64,000 nucleotides of DNA, from contig NC_058369.1 in assembly GCF_018350175.1 (NCBI RefSeq), forward strand, positions 6,698,001 to 6,762,000, written 5' to 3'. The notes below the pieces were generated by a model. The model had not been told where the DNA came from and searched no databases. It saw only the letters and a list, made by a program, of their open reading frames with translations. Below, piece after piece: positions 1 to 13,200 of this stretch. Numbering within the stretch: position 1 is the stretch's first letter; each line of letters opens with the position of its first letter. A program made the translations under genes and the position numbers. The DNA is from Felis catus (lineage: Eukaryota).

Positions 1-206
1 AAGCATAAGAGACTCTTAAAAACTGAGAACAAACTGAGGGTTGATGGGGAGTGGGAGGGAGGGGAGGGTGGGTGATGGGTATTGAGGAGGGCACCTTTTG
101 GGATGAGCACTGGGTGTTGTATGGAAGCCAATTTGACAATAAATTTCATATATTGAAAAAAATAAAAAAAATTGATTGCATTGAAAAAAAATAAAAAATA
201 AAAACA
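1..206 (+). mobile_element. Carnivore LINE-1 3' end with A-rich tail
   Basis: gagaacaaactgagggttg...ggatgagcactgggtgttgtatggaa 3'UTR motif, also seen at 1088-1430 and 3660-4190. Confidence 0.85.
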
Positions 207-423
207 ATTTTTTTAATGTTTATTTATTTTTCAGAGAGAGAGAGAAAGAGAGACAGAATGAGCAGGGGAGGGGCAGAGAGAGAGGGAGACACAGAATCTG
301 AAGCAGGCTCGAGGCTATGAACTGTCAGCACAGAGCCCGATGCAGGCCTTGAACCCACCAACCGTGAGATCATGACCTGAGCTGAAGTTGGGCGCTTAAC
401 TGACTGAGGCACCCAGGCACCCC
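207..423 (-). mobile_element. CAN-SINE (SINEC_Fc-like)
   Basis: tRNA-derived head, (CT)n tract and polyA in reverse orientation. Confidence 0.92.
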
Positions 424-456
424 TGTTCTGTTGTCATTAAAACTCAATGTCATTGA

Positions 457-660
457 GGGGCACCTGGGTGCCTCATTCAGCTCAGGTCATGATCTCATAG
501 TTTGTGGGTTCGAGCCCTGTGTTGGGCTCTGTGGTGACGGCTGAAAGCCTGGAGCCTGCTTTGGATTCTGTGTCTCCCTCTCTCTCTCTGCCCCTTCCCC
601 GCTCATGCTCTGTCTCTTTGTCTCTCAAAAATAAACAAAATTTTAAAAGATTAAAAAAAA
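457..660 (+). mobile_element. CAN-SINE
   Basis: ggggcacctgggtg head, CT tract, A tail. Confidence 0.92.
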
Positions 661-867
661 GCCAATCCCCAATGATTGCATGCTGTATGATGCTATTAAT
701 ACATTCCCAAAATAATAACATTAAAGCGATGAGAAACAGATTAGTGGTTGCCAGAGTGACGCTGGGTGGGTGTGCCTGTAAAACACCTTTGCAGTGATAG
801 AACTGTTCTGAGCCTTGATTGTAGCAGTGCTTATGAAAATCTGCCTATGTAATAGAATGGCATAAAA

Positions 868-868
<1 letters not shown>

Positions 869-929
<61 letters not shown>
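869..929. repeat. Compound (CA)n(GA)n microsatellite inside an old L1M 3' fragment (~665-1085)
   Basis: Directly visible. Confidence 0.95.
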
Positions 930-930
<1 letters not shown>

Positions 931-1087
931 TCCATGTAAAACTAGTAAAATCTGAGGTCTATGGATTTTCATAATTAATTTCTTGGTTTTGATATTATAC
1001 TGTAGTTACAGAAGGTGTAACCACTGAGGAGAAATTGACTGAAGCATACAGGGAACTCTGTAGTATATTTTGCAATTTTCCGTGAAT

Positions 1088-1430
1088 ATGGAACTGGAAG
1101 GTATTATGCTAAGTGAAATAAGTCAGTCAGAGAAAGACAGATACCATATGTTTTCACTCATATGTGGATCTTGAGAAACTTAACAGAAGACTATGGGGGA
1201 GGGGAAGGGGGAAAAAAACATAGTTACAGAGAGGGAGGGAGGCAAACTGTAAGAGACACTTGGATACTGAGAACAAACTGAGGGTTGACGGGGGGTGGGG
1301 GAGGGGGGAAAGTGGGTGATGGGCATTGAGGAGGGCACCTGTTGGGATGAGTACTGGGTGTCGTATGGAAGCTAATTTGTCGATAAATTATATTAAAATA
1401 AATAAATAATTAAAAATAAATAAATTAAAA
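1088..1430 (+). mobile_element. Carnivore LINE-1 3' fragment
   Basis: atgctaagtgaaataagtcagtcagagaaagac ORF2-end motif, 3'UTR, AT-rich tail. Confidence 0.88.
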
Positions 1431-1519
1431 TATTTTTCCTATAAAAAAATGAAAAATAAAACTAAAAAGCAGAAGTACAGAGTGTGGCATGTTTACGTGC
1501 TGAATAACATGGTTATCTT

Positions 1520-1860
1520 AATTTTTTTTCATGTTTATTTATTTATTTATTTTGAGACAGAGGAAGAGTGAGCACGAGCAGGGGAGGGGCAGAGAGAGAG
1601 GGAGAGAGAGTATCCCAAGCAGGCTCTGCACTGTCGGCACAGAGCCCAACGTGGGGCTTGAACTCATGAATTGTGAAATCATGACCTGAGCTGAAACCAA
1701 GAGTTGTACATTCAACTGACTAAGCCACCCAGGTGGCCCAAGAGCTCTGTGCTGACGCGTAGAGACTGCTTGGGATTCTCTCTCTCTGCCCCTCCCTGGC
1801 TCATGCTTATTCACACACTCTCTCTCTCTCTCAAAATAAATAAACTTAAAAAAAAAAAAA
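1520..1860. mobile_element. Two adjacent CAN-SINEs: full-length minus (1520-1740) and 5'-truncated plus (1741-1860)
   Basis: Inverted CT/A-tail motifs on both sides. Confidence 0.85.
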
Positions 1861-2344
1861 GAGTTGGATGCTTCACTGACAGTCACCCAGGGGCCCCATG
1901 GTTATCTTTCACAATTATTATCAATTGTAACTGCACATTCAATTCCAGTCTTAGTACACTGTCAACTTGGTGAGGGGAGGGACCACACCTGACTCAGCAT
2001 CTTCTCCCCTCTGCCTGGCACAGGTCACGTGCCCAGTGATGTCCATTGTATTAAATTCCCTGGTAGTCCCTGTGCTGTGTGCTTCCATACATTTTCATTC
2101 AACCTTCACAACGACCTTATGAGGCATGATTATTCTTACTTGGCTGATGAGGGCGCTGAGGCACTGAGAGGGCTGGTCAATTGTCTAAGGCCAATGCAGC
2201 TGGACAGATGAGGACACGTTCTCTGCTCTTGAGGAGGTCAGAGCAGAGCAGGGGAGCCCATGGTAGCTCCAGGGTTTTTTCTTGATAACTTCCAGATATA
2301 GATTTGAGACTCCTCACAAGGAGCTGGAGAGAGAAGTGACCTAC

Positions 2345-2410
2345 CTGTGGAGCTGGAGAAGTGGGCTGGCACCATCGAGGTCCCTGGGAAGTGCACAGGG
2401 GTCACAGGAG
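2345..2410 (-). CDS. MUC16: MUC16 repeat 3 exon E (66 bp)
   Basis: APVTPVHFPGTSMVPAHFSSST; AG/GT flanks. Confidence 0.9.
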
Positions 2411-2612
2411 CTAAGGATGAATAGTCTGGAGTAAGAAGGGGACTCAGAGTAGGGCGTCTTTCCTGTCCAGCTAGAGCCACTGAATGTAGGAGGAACTGGG
2501 TAAGACCGTCAGGTCTCCTAGCCACTTCTCTTCTCCAGGCCCTGGGGCAGGGGATCAGTGGCTGTCCACCAGGGGTCCACAGCATGTAGTCATCAGGGCT
2601 GTGGGTACTCAC

Positions 2613-2648
2613 CACTGGGTGTGGGGGCTGAGGTCCAGTGGGTGTAAC
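2613..2648 (-). CDS. MUC16: MUC16 repeat 3 exon D (36 bp)
   Basis: GYTHWTSAPTPS; catttcag| and G|GTGAGT. Confidence 0.9.
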
Positions 2649-3264
2649 CTGAAATGAGAAAGGAGACAGAACTGGGATGCAAGCAGGAAAGAGAGGTCCA
2701 TGGTATAGCCCAAAGCCCACCAGTCCCTACCCCCAACTAAGACTTCAAGTCTATGCAGTTCAACAATTGTGATTCAGGGGTAACTTTACCTTGTTTCTAA
2801 AAGGCTGAGAAATCAGAGACCCAGTCCCCTGTCTTCATGAACTTGCAATTTATTTGGGAAGACAAATACACCAACATTTCTAGAAATGGGGTTGTCAACT
2901 GTGCTTTTCAGGCTCCAGAGGGGATTTTGAGATAGACATTGACAGGGACAGAGATGGCCAGATCTTTGAATAGCCATTGACTTCAGCCAGAGAGATATCC
3001 TCTTTTATCAGTCTGGATAAAGACTTTGTGGCCCAGACAAGTATATAAATCACAGCCCTGAAATGCAGGGCTGCAAAGAGAAAAAAAGGATTTGCAAACT
3101 GGAGGGCCTATGGGGGTCCTCGACTCATTAAGGGATATCACGCAGGTGGAGAATAACACATAGGGTGGGTTCTATGATGAACTGGAGAGTTCACATCCCT
3201 TGCAGGCGGGCGGTGGGGGGCAGATTCTTAGCTTCAACTTGTGGTTACAAAAAAGGTTGCTCAC

Positions 3265-3437
3265 CATTGACATAGAGGCTGTTCTTGTCCAGGGTGAAGG
3301 AGCCCAGCTGGGTGACACCATGGGTCTGATGGCTCAGCTCCCAGTACAGCTTCTCTCTGTCTAGCTTAGGGCCCATGGGGTCAGGATGGTGAGTACAGAC
3401 AGCATCAACTCCAGTGGCTGTTCCCTTTTTCTCAGGC
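3265..3437 (-). CDS. MUC16: MUC16 SEA repeat 3 exon C (173 bp)
   Basis: PEKKGTATGVDAVCTHHPDPMGPKLDREKLYWELSHQTHGVTQLGSFTLDKNSLYVNG (hand-translated; not in ORF track). Confidence 0.94.
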
Positions 3438-3659
3438 CTGGGCAGGGAAAGACACAGGAAAGGGGAGGTGGGGACTCCAGGTAGGAGCCCGGGAAAGCCC
3501 TACTGAAGGAGGGGACAGAGAAAGCAGAAGGGCTGGTGGACAACCTGGAACAGCCTTGGTGCTGGGGGAGGGTTGGAAATGATTAGGACAACCAAGGTCC
3601 TTGAGCACAGAGGATATGCAGCATCTCCAAATACTGATGCCTTGTGCTGAGCTTTAAAA

Positions 3660-4190
3660 CGGAGCTAGAGTATATTATTCTAAGTGAAACAAGTCAGTCA
3701 GAGAAAAACAAATATCATATGATTTCACTCATATGTGGAAGTTAAGTAACAAAACAGATGAACATAGGGGAAAGAGAGCAAAAATAAGATAAAAACAGGG
3801 AGGGAGGCAAACCATAAGAGACTTTTTAAAAAAATGTTTTTATTTATTTTTGAGACACAGAAAGACAGAGCATGAGCAGGGGAGGGGCAGAGAGAGAGGG
3901 AGACAGAATCTGAAGCAGGCTCCAGGTTCTGAGCTATCAGCACAGAGCCTCACATGGGGCTTGAACTCACGGACTGTGAGATCACGACCTGAGCTGAAGT
4001 CAGCCGCTTAACCGACTGAGCCACCCAGGCACCTCCAGAGACTCTTAAATACAGAGAACAAACTGAGGGCTGCTGGAGGGAGGTGGGTGGGGGATAGGCT
4101 AAATGGGTGATGGGCATTAAGGAGGGCGCTTGTTGGGATGAGCACTGGGTGTTGTATGTAAGTGATGAATCACTGAGTTTTATTCTTGAA
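3660..4190 (+). mobile_element. Carnivore LINE-1 3' fragment interrupted by a minus-strand CAN-SINE (3826-4036)
   Basis: L1 3' motifs on both sides; target-site duplication agagact. Confidence 0.88.
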
Positions 4191-4879
4191 ACAGATGCTA
4201 ACAACAGATGCATGATGGAGAGGACTTAGACAAGGTAAGAAAAGGCAATGTCAAATTGCTTAAACCCCAGCTCTGCTGCTCAGTTGCTGGCTGACTCTGA
4301 GTAAGTCTCTCAACCTGTCTGTAGCTCATTGTTTTTTTCATCCATCAAATGAGGTAATAGGACAGACCCTACAGCACTTAGCACTAGTAAATGCTCAGTA
4401 GAAGACAGCCATTTTTATTAGGCATTAATGGGGCCAAAGTTCTTGGTGTGCATGGACCTTGCAGTGAGAGAGACTGAGCCTTTTCAAAGAAACAGTGAGG
4501 TCAGCAGGCAGCCTTGGGTGGAGAGGGGCATGAGGCTGTGTGGTATCTGAGAGCCAGAGAAATCTTAAGGCCAGTGGAAAGGGGAAGATATAACATTGTG
4601 GCTGGCGGACAGTGGTGTCTTTGGAGCTGAGGGCATTCCATCCTCAGACAAAAGGTCAGTGATTGGGAGATCTCACACAAAGAGTAAGGTGAGCCAAGTG
4701 CACATGTGGGGGCTCCCACATGCTAGAGTTATTCTTAGTACCTAGGTCTAGGCAAGGTCACGAATAATTTACTGTGTGTTCTTTATATGTTAGTTCCTTT
4801 GCTAACTAAGCACCTTTCATTTTAATCCTCACTATGCTCACACAAATTCTTTCCTTCAGTCAGAAGTGGAGTCTGTTTC

Positions 4880-5107
4880 GGGGTGCCTGGGTGGCTCAGT
4901 CAGTTAAGTGTCTGACTTCAGCTCAGGTCATGATCTTGCAGTTTGATCTCATGGAGTTCAAGCCCCGCATTGGGCTCTGTGCTGACAGCTCAGACCCTGG
5001 AGCCTGCTGCTTCAGATTCTGTGTCTCCCTCTCTCTCTGCCCCTTCCCTGATCACACTCTATCTCTGTCTCTGTCAAAAATAAATAAACATTAAGAAAAA
5101 AAAAAAA
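4880..5107 (+). mobile_element. CAN-SINE
   Basis: Head, CT tract, polyA. Confidence 0.92.
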
Positions 5108-5114
5108 GAAGCAA

Positions 5115-5450
5115 AGAGATTCCATCTCTTGAATCTGGGCTTGGCCATAGAACTGGAACGGGCCAATGCACGTTCACAAATGTGATACAAGCAATGGCTT
5201 GGAAGGCACGTGTGCAATAGGGCTTGCCGTTTCTTGCTGCTCTTGGAACTCTGAGCGTGTAAATGAGCCCAAGCTAGCCTTCTGGAGGATGAGACAATGT
5301 GGAGGAGAACCAAGGTATCCCAGACAGCAGCTGACTGCAGACACAGGAATGAGCCTCATCTGACATCAGCTGAGCCAACCCAGGCAGGAGAATCTTCCAG
5401 CAGAATCATGGGCTAACTTTGTTGTACAAGAAAGCAAATTGAGATACTTC
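5115..5450 (+). mobile_element. MLT1-like (ERVL-MaLR) LTR remnant
   Basis: cttgaatctgggcttggcc...gcccaagctagccttctggaggatgaga...cagctgactgcagacac motifs. Confidence 0.65.
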
Positions 5451-5558
5451 AGCTGACAGGTGAGAAGGTAGAGGCACAGAGATGTTAAGTAACTTGTTCA
5501 GGTCACACAGCCTTGAAGTAGGAGAGGTAGGCCTGTCAGACTCTAAATAAAACTGCAT

Positions 5559-5782
5559 AGGGGCACCTGGGTGGCTAAGTTGGTTAAGCATCCCGACTCT
5601 TGGTTTTGGCTCAGGTCATGATCTCATGGTTTCAGGAGTTTGAGCCTCGTGTTGGGCTCTGTGGTCACAGTGTGGAGCCCACTTGGGATTTCCTCTCTCT
5701 CTCTGTCTCCCCCACCCCACCTTTTCTTCTCATGCTGTCTCTGTCTCTGCCTCTCTCAAAATAAATAAATAAACTTAAAAAA
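5559..5782 (+). mobile_element. CAN-SINE
   Basis: Head, CT tract, A tail. Confidence 0.9.
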
Positions 5783-5943
5783 CCCACTATATAACCACTG
5801 TACTTTACTACTCAGTGATCCCAAGTCCACCTCTGAGAGGTCAGAAAGCAGGATTTGGTCACTGCTGGCTAGGTGTTACAGGCAGGCCAATCATTATCAA
5901 AAATGTGACATAAGCAGGAGAGAGAATTATGCATCCCCTAGAG

Positions 5944-6160
5944 CAAGGTTTCTCAACCTTGGCACTGTGCACATTCCGAGTCAGATCGTTCGTGGCCCTG
6001 AGAGACCATCCTCTGCATTGTAGGATATTTAGCAGCATCCCTGGCCTCACTCACTAGATGTCAGTAGCAACTCCCACCCTTGAGTTTTGACAACAAAAAA
6101 TGTCTCCAGACATTGCCAAATATCCCCTGGGAGGGAAATCATTCTTGGTTGAAAACTATG
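5944..6160 (-). mobile_element. MER20 hAT-Charlie DNA transposon
   Basis: ttctcaacc termini; tttagcagcatccctggcctc and aatgtctccagacattgccaaa internal motifs. Confidence 0.85.
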
Positions 6161-6408
6161 GCTCCATTGTGATAAAGCCAGCACGACTGACCAGTTGTTT
6201 TCTTGATGAGTTCCAGAAGAAAGATGTTTCGGAAAAGTTCAACCTTGTCACCTGGGAAGGGCAGTCCAAGAGGATTCTGCATTTTCTGGTTAGGAATGCA
6301 ATGTGAGACAGACCGGCAGTTGGTGGTCAGCTGTTCTGGGATGATGGTCCAGCTCGTGGTCCCTCTGCCCCCTGCACATGGCCTGCATGTGAACTCTGGA
6401 GTTCTCAC

Positions 6409-6476
6409 CTGAGCAAGGTCAATCTGCAGCCATAATAGAGGGGCCCAATGCTGCTGTTCTGGAACAAGGGTTTGAG
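6409..6476 (-). CDS. MUC16: MUC16 SEA repeat 3 exon B (68 bp)
   Basis: LKPLFQNSSIGPLYYGCRLTLLR. Confidence 0.94.
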
Positions 6477-6570
6477 CTGGGGATGAAAGACATGGAAGTA
6501 AGAGGATGGGCTGAGGGGCTGGGAAGGACAAAAGTAGGCACTGGAGGGCACGCATTGGAGGGGCTCTCAC

Positions 6571-6695
6571 CAGACGATTCAAGATCCTCTCTACAGAGTT
6601 GAATAGCTCAGATCCCGGGGGCCCCATGCCCTCTGTGTAGCGCAGGTTGGTGATGGTGAAGTTGAGGGTGAAGGGCACCAGAGACAGGCTCACAC
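6571..6695 (-). CDS. MUC16: MUC16 SEA repeat 3 exon A (125 bp)
   Basis: VSLSLVPFTLNFTITNLRYTEGMGPPGSELFNSVERILNRL. Confidence 0.94.
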
Positions 6696-7469
6696 CTGCA
6701 GCCAGAAAGGGCGAGAGGGGCTCCATTATGATTCTCTGGTGGGGATGGCTGTAGGTGGCAGATCCAAGGGTGGCCACCGTATCTGTGTCACCCTTGCATC
6801 CAGCCACACTTGGCCTCCAACCTGGAAGGATTATTTTAGCTGGAAGAAGAACCCCAACTCTTCAGCCCAGTGTGTCTAAAGAAAAACAGTTGGTGGACAT
6901 TTGGGTAGGAGGAAAAGAAGCAAAATCACTCTGTTGCCCCCTGGGGTGGAGGTCTCCCATTGTCTTGTGACGTCACCACGAGAGAACTTGCAACTGCTGA
7001 GTGGGCCTGTCTGTTCCCCCTGAGAGTGACTCCTGTCTCAGTTTCACTAAACCGTCTTTGAAGAGTGGATTTTACATGGACTGACCACATCTCCTAGTTT
7101 TGCCTGAACAGTCATGTGGCTTGCATGTAAATATTAATTAGAACCCTCCCTCTCTTTGTCAAAAGTGTCCCATAAGACAAACACAAACGCAAACACAAAA
7201 ACACTGTATGGTCATTCTGGGGTTAGGGTGTGAAGAATAGAATGCCAGAGGTCTGAACTGGGTGACAGTACCCTTTACAGATTTCATCTGAGGAGCACCA
7301 ACTGGGGGCCAGCCTTTGTACTGGGCATTTCATTTCTGGCACCTCAGCTTACCCTAACCACAATCCTCAGAGTCAAGTATTACCAGTTCCATTTTACAGT
7401 CTGGGAAACTGAGGCTCAGAGAAAGTAAATTTTGCCCAAGTCCCACAAATGAACAGCACAGCTACAATA

Positions 7470-7700
7470 CCTTTTTTTTAATTAAAAAAAATTTTTTTTT
7501 AATGTTTATTATTTTTGAGAGAGACAGAGACAGAGAGCAAACAGGGAAGGGGCAGAGAGAAGGAGACACAATATCCGAAGCAGGCTCCAGGCTCTGAGCT
7601 GTCAGCACAGAGCCTGACGCGGGGCTCGAATTCACAGACTGCGAGATCATGACCTGAGCTGCAGTCGGCTGCCCAACCGACTGAGCCACCCAGGCGCCCC
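7470..7700 (-). mobile_element. CAN-SINE with target-site duplication ctacaatacctttt
   Basis: Flanking direct repeat at 7462 and 7700. Confidence 0.93.
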
Positions 7701-7739
7701 TACAATACCTTTTTAACTCAAAAGTAGATATCTTTCTGT

Positions 7740-8073
7740 TTGTACAGCCATGCTTATAGCAGCATTATTCACAATAGGTGAATATTATTCACAGAATATT
7801 AGAATTCTATGCTGACAGCTCAGAGCCTGCAGCCTGCTTCAGATTCTGTGTCTCCTTCTCTCTCTGCTCCTCCCCCACTCACACTCTGTCTCTCTCTCTC
7901 AAAAATAAATAAAAATGTTTAAAAAACTGAAAAAAAATGAAATCTTGCCATTTGCAACAACATGGATGGAGCTAGAGTATATCATGCTAAGCAAAATAAG
8001 TCAGAGAAAGACAAATACCATATGATTTCACTCATACGTACCGTTTAAGAAACAACACAAATGAGCGAAAGGG

Positions 8074-8130
<57 letters not shown>

Positions 8131-8740
8131 AGGCAGGAACAGACTCTTAACTATAGAGAACAGACTGATGGCTGGCAGAGGGGAGGTGGGCGGGGAGATG
8201 GGTTAAATGGGTGATGGGGATTAGGGAGGGCACTTGCTGAGATGAGCTCCGGGTGTTGTATGAAGTGCCAAATCACTAAATTGTACACCTGAAAGTACTC
8301 CCACACTGTATGTTAACTGGAATCCAAATAAATAACAAAAAGAAAAGAAAAACTACAGTAGATGATGCTACAGTAATCAAGACAGTGAGGTACTGCATTA
8401 GGACGGACAGGTAGATCAATGGGATGTCATTGAAAGTCTAGAAGCAAAGCCTCACATTTATGGTGAATTGATTTTCAACCAGGGCGCCTGTATAATTTAA
8501 TGGAGAAAGGAAATTTTTTAAATAAATGGTACTGGCATAACTGGGGAAAAAAAGCAATCAGAGCTAAAACTTGCCCCAATTTCTTGAAAACATATATTTT
8601 CAGATTCAGGAAGCTTCAAAAATCCCCAATAGTATAAACTCAAAGAAAAACCATGTTCCGATACATCATTATCAAACTTCTGGATACCAAAGATGAAGAA
8701 GAAATCTTGAATGCATCTACAGAAAAAATGATGTCATCAG
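7740..8740 (+). mobile_element. Cluster of L1 fragments with a truncated SINE (7808-7938) and (GA)n (8079-8127)
   Basis: L1 ORF2-end/3'UTR motifs to 8345, then older ORF2-like and ORF1-like pieces. Confidence 0.75.
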
Positions 8741-9686
8741 TCATGGAATGATTTGGTCTGTAGCACATGCCAGGCTTGTAGGAGCTAAGCCTGTTACAGA
8801 AATGGTTGAGTTGATCAGGGTGAACAGTAGGGACTGGAGAATGCACATTCTGTCTAAAGCTTGAGAAAAGTTTGCAGTGTCTCGACTCATAAAACCCAGA
8901 ATTCCAGAAGACAGAATTCAAATTATAGCTCACCGGCTTGTATCCCATAACTCTAGATGCACACGGCAGGATTAAAGGTCGGGGATGCCCTGTCTTGGTC
9001 ATGACATAAGTGTGAAAACTACCTACAGACTCAAATTTTAAAATAAATCTTAAGGGTTGGAGTAAGACAAGTTTCCCGACATAAATCAAGCCCTTGTTTC
9101 AGGTTCCTGGAGACTCAAGAGCCCTTAGACCCACATCTGGGTCAGATGAGGAGACAGAGCAAGAATCGAGTCCAGGACTAAGATCCTGAATGATTTTCTG
9201 GACGTTCAAATAAAATCCACAAATGTGGACATACGCAAGATTGCTACATTCATTCATCCAACCAGTCAATCAGTATAAAGTGAGTGCAGACTAGGTGCTC
9301 AGCTCCAAGGTGACAAATACATAAATACTGAATAAAGCAAATAGCAGTAAATTCCATCAGAAAATACTCATGGTTGTGGATAGTGAAAACCTGTGGTCTA
9401 GGTGTGTATTCAGATGTGCTACTTCCTATAAGAGGGTCTAGGAAGGTCTTTCAAAGAAGGTGAGATTGAGCTGGGATCTGAAAAGCAATGAGGTGCCAGG
9501 TGTAGTGGATCTCCAGGAAGAGCTGATATAAAGTCCAAGGTTAGGACACTAGAGAACAGACAGTGTCTGACGTGGCCAAAGTTTGGAGAGGGAGGGAGGG
9601 AGTAGGACATTCTGAGGGTGGGTGGTCTACAGGAACCAGACTGTGTGGAGTTGAAGTTTTATGGGTCCCAGAGAGTAGGCTCCTAC

Positions 9687-9752
9687 CTGTAGAGCTGAGG
9701 ATGGGGGGCTGAGATGTGGAAGATTCTGGAGAGAATGTAGAAGTCACTGGAG
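9687..9752 (-). CDS. MUC16: MUC16 repeat 2 exon E (66 bp)
   Basis: TPVTSTFSPESSTSQPPILSST; AG/GT flanks. Confidence 0.92.
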
Positions 9753-9995
9753 CTGAGAAAAAAAGAACAGGGGAAAAATTATAAAGTCCCATCCTGAATG
9801 AATGGGGGACTAAAACTATTCGTTAGAATTTGGTCTTCTGTCTTGATTCAGAGCAAGACCCTGGGTGGGTTAGGGGCTCTTCTGAGTCTGTAGCTAGACA
9901 CTTAGGGAAGGAGAATTGGCAGCTTCTCTCCAGAAGAATGTGTTTTGGGGAATAAGAGTCCAGGGGGCATTGAAATTTCGGTCTTGAATACTCAC

Positions 9996-10031
9996 TGCTG
10001 GTGGTAGGGTTCCAGTACCGGTGGTTATAAC
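9996..10031 (-). CDS. MUC16: MUC16 repeat 2 exon D (36 bp)
   Basis: GYNHRYWNPTTS; AG/GT flanks. Confidence 0.92.
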
Positions 10032-11737
10032 CTGCAGAAAGGAGTAAAGGACTGTTATAATGGGTAAGAGCTAAGGAAGGGGTAGACAGTAGACCCAGAG
10101 ATGAAATTCATTAGCAAACTTGCTGTGTTTTATAAATGAACAACAATGGCTCCTACATTTCATTCAGTGCCCTCATGTGGCTTATCCCTTGAAAATAGTG
10201 ATGAACATCGTTCCCATTATTATTGCCAAAATAAAAATACAATAATAATAACTGCCCCTGTTTATTGGGAATGTACTATGCACCAGAAATAATACTAAAC
10301 AGTACATTATAAGGTAATGTAATTACAAACAAGAGTGTTCCAAGGCTTATCCACAACTTTATCCTTGCTCTCTTAGCTTCTCTCCCTTCACAAAACTTTA
10401 TGATAGTACGACTTTATCTTTCTAGCTTAGTTTCTGGGGGGGGGGGAGGGTTGGTGGTGTTTAAGTGACAAAATTGTGGCCATTAGAGAGAGCGGTCTGT
10501 GGAAGCAAGCAAGATGGAGGAGAGGGAGGGAATGTACATGTGGTTTGGAATATTAGAGAAACTTTGGGAATGGGCTAGGATAATGAACGTGAGAAGAGAC
10601 TTGGAGGTCAGATGGATGGCATAAAAATTGGAGTCTGAAAGGAATTGGGGAGAAGAGAATTTTTCATCAGTGTTTCTCTGGGTCATGATCATCTCCTTGG
10701 ATGTTCTGTGAGGGGTGGGAGTCATTTTGGACCCAGAGGAGCCCCATGATTTACTTGGGTTATTCCTGTGAACTATCTCATTTGACCATCAGGAAAATCC
10801 TGCATGGTATATATGTTTATTCCATTCTTTAAATGGGACATTAAAGCCCAGACGGGTTGCATGGCTTGCCCAGCATCACATAAAACGGAGATCTGTCCCT
10901 TGCCAATCACTGTCAACCACTGTTTTAAGGAAATATCCAAGTTGATATAGAGGGGACATAACTAACCAAGAATTAGGTTAGATTGTTAGGCTAGAGATCA
11001 GTTATGCCCCTTCCCATCCTGAGATTTGAGGCTTTCTCTATCTGGATGGTCTGTGGTGTTGTCTTGTAGTTAGGAACTTGGAGTTTAGATTCACTCTCCA
11101 GTTTGTTTGAGTCTTGACCCTGTCAGGCATGATGGCTGGATTATCTTGGGGAAATGACTTCCTGTCTGAAAGCATGATGGCTCTCTTCATAAAAATGAGT
11201 GTAACAACTCACAGGGTTTTGAGTAGGATCAATGTGACATAATACCTATAAAAGACTTTATCACAATTCCTGGCACTTAAGAATCTTTTGATAAGAGTTA
11301 GCCGCAATTGTACTTATTATTCTCAGCATTAGCATTGCTGTTAGGGGCATTGTTGCTAATGGTGTTGTGTAAGTAGATATTATTCATAGACTATTTGCTG
11401 AGTGTGATGTTATCTCATGAAGACTGTGTCTGTGTACTGACTGGTCTGTGGGCACTTAGTAAATTGGTCATCATTGTGAGAGAATGAAATGGGGTGAAGG
11501 CTGAAATGGTCACCTGCTACCCATTTGGAAAATTTAACCACAGAGTTCTTTATCACCCACTTCTTTTCCTAGAGTCTGCATGTTGGGCTCTTATGGGAAG
11601 CAGTGAAAATGAGGAAGAAAAACGTTATTCCAGGAGGTGAAAAGGGAAAGGAAATCAGCTTCCCATGAGGCGTTAGGCATTCAAAAATGAGTCTCCAAGG
11701 AAATGCTAGGTTTGCATTGGAACGATCAATTTGTACA

Positions 11738-11946
11738 CAGCAATTTCTCAAACTCATCATTATTGACATTTTGGTCTAGATAATTCTTCATGGTGGAGGG
11801 CTGCTCTGTGCACTGTAGGATGTTTAGCAGCACCCTGGCCTCTACCTACTAGATGTCATTAGTACCGCTCCAGGTATGATGTGAAATATCTCCAGACATG
11901 CCAAATGTCCCATGGAGAGCAGAATCGCCCCAGTTGAGGAGCACTG
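11738..11946 (-). mobile_element. MER20
   Basis: Same internal motifs as the 5944 copy. Confidence 0.82.
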
Positions 11947-11997
11947 GTAGAGAGAAACATGGAGCTGGGAGATCCCAACTACAGCACAGACACTCAC

Positions 11998-12170
11998 CAT
12001 TGACATAGAGACTGTCTCTGTCCAGGGTGTAGGTGCCCAGCCAGGTGACACCGCGGGTCAGCTGACTCAGCTCCTGGTACAATTCTTCTCTGTTCAGCCC
12101 AGGGCTCATGGGGTCAGGATGATAAGTGCAGATCACGTCCACTCCTGTTGCTGTTCCACCCTTCTCAGTC
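11998..12170 (-). CDS. MUC16: MUC16 SEA repeat 2 exon C (173 bp)
   Basis: TEKGGTATGVDVICTYHPDP...YTLDRDSLYVNG. Confidence 0.94.
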
Positions 12171-12329
12171 CTAGGGTGGTAGGGACGTAGGAATAGGGAC
12201 ATCCTGAGATGTGGGAGAGTTACATACTTTGTTCACCTCTTGCCTTCAGCCTGCCCCACCCCCAGCCTTGGCCTTATGACATTTCTCTTTACCGGGTCTT
12301 GTCTGGTTTCTCACGCACATTCTTTTCTG

Positions 12330-13200
12330 GGACCTTCTCATCTAGGTATCTTCCTACTCCTTAAAGTGGTTAATCTCCAAGGCTTCATCCTCAGCCAACT
12401 TCTATTCTTTTGGACTCATTCTTCTTGAGTCATATGGTTCATACTCATTGGTTCAGCTATCAGCTTTATTCTCATGGGATCCAATCTTACTCTCTGGCCA
12501 AGACCCCTCTCCTGAGCTCTGTGCCATGTCACCAACAGCCCCAAGGATGTCCTTCAGACTTATTATATTCCATTTGTCCCAGATTAAGTTTATTAATTCC
12601 CCCTAAAAACACAGAGTCTCCTCCTTCTGCCATGTTTCCATATTGGGGCCAGAACCAAACATGTGGGAGGCATCCTGGACCTCCCCTGTCCTTGGTCCCC
12701 CCATCCAAGCAATATCTAGGTGAGCCCAACATCTCACTGATTTCCCAACTCCTGTCCCATTATCACATCAAATTTTCCCATACCCATATCTACCTGTGTA
12801 CTACTTAAAATAAATGACATTACATCAAGGTTCTGCTTAAAACTCCATGAATCCCCGCCTGATCTGAGATATGCCAACCCTTGAAATACTTCTGCCAAAA
12901 TGTCTTCTGGCAATTCTTTTGGCTAAGGCTCATTCAGCTCAGGCATCACCTTCTCCAGACTGCTTCCACTCAACTCCCCCACATTCAGCTAAAAGTCCAT
13001 CCTCCAGGCTCCTATGGCTTCCATGTAGTGCTTTATCATTGTACTAATCCTGTTACTATTATGTTTAAGTTCATATGGCTGCCCTCCTCTCCATACTGTG
13101 GGTACCTTGAAGGAAGAGTCCATGACTCAATCTCTAGGTGCCCTTAGCACCTGTCACAGGGCATGGCCTGAGGTACCTCATTTCATTTCTGACCAGTCAG
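12330..13200. mobile_element. Ancient LINE-2 fragments
   Basis: Pyrimidine-rich L2-like motifs (ctcaggcatcaccttctccagac, ttagcacctgtcacagggcatggc). Confidence 0.5.

Noticed and set aside
224..5094. Short ORFs with AQSVKRPTSAQVMIS-type peptides and tRNA-like heads
   Set aside because: Translations of CAN-SINEs; neither protein genes nor tRNA genes
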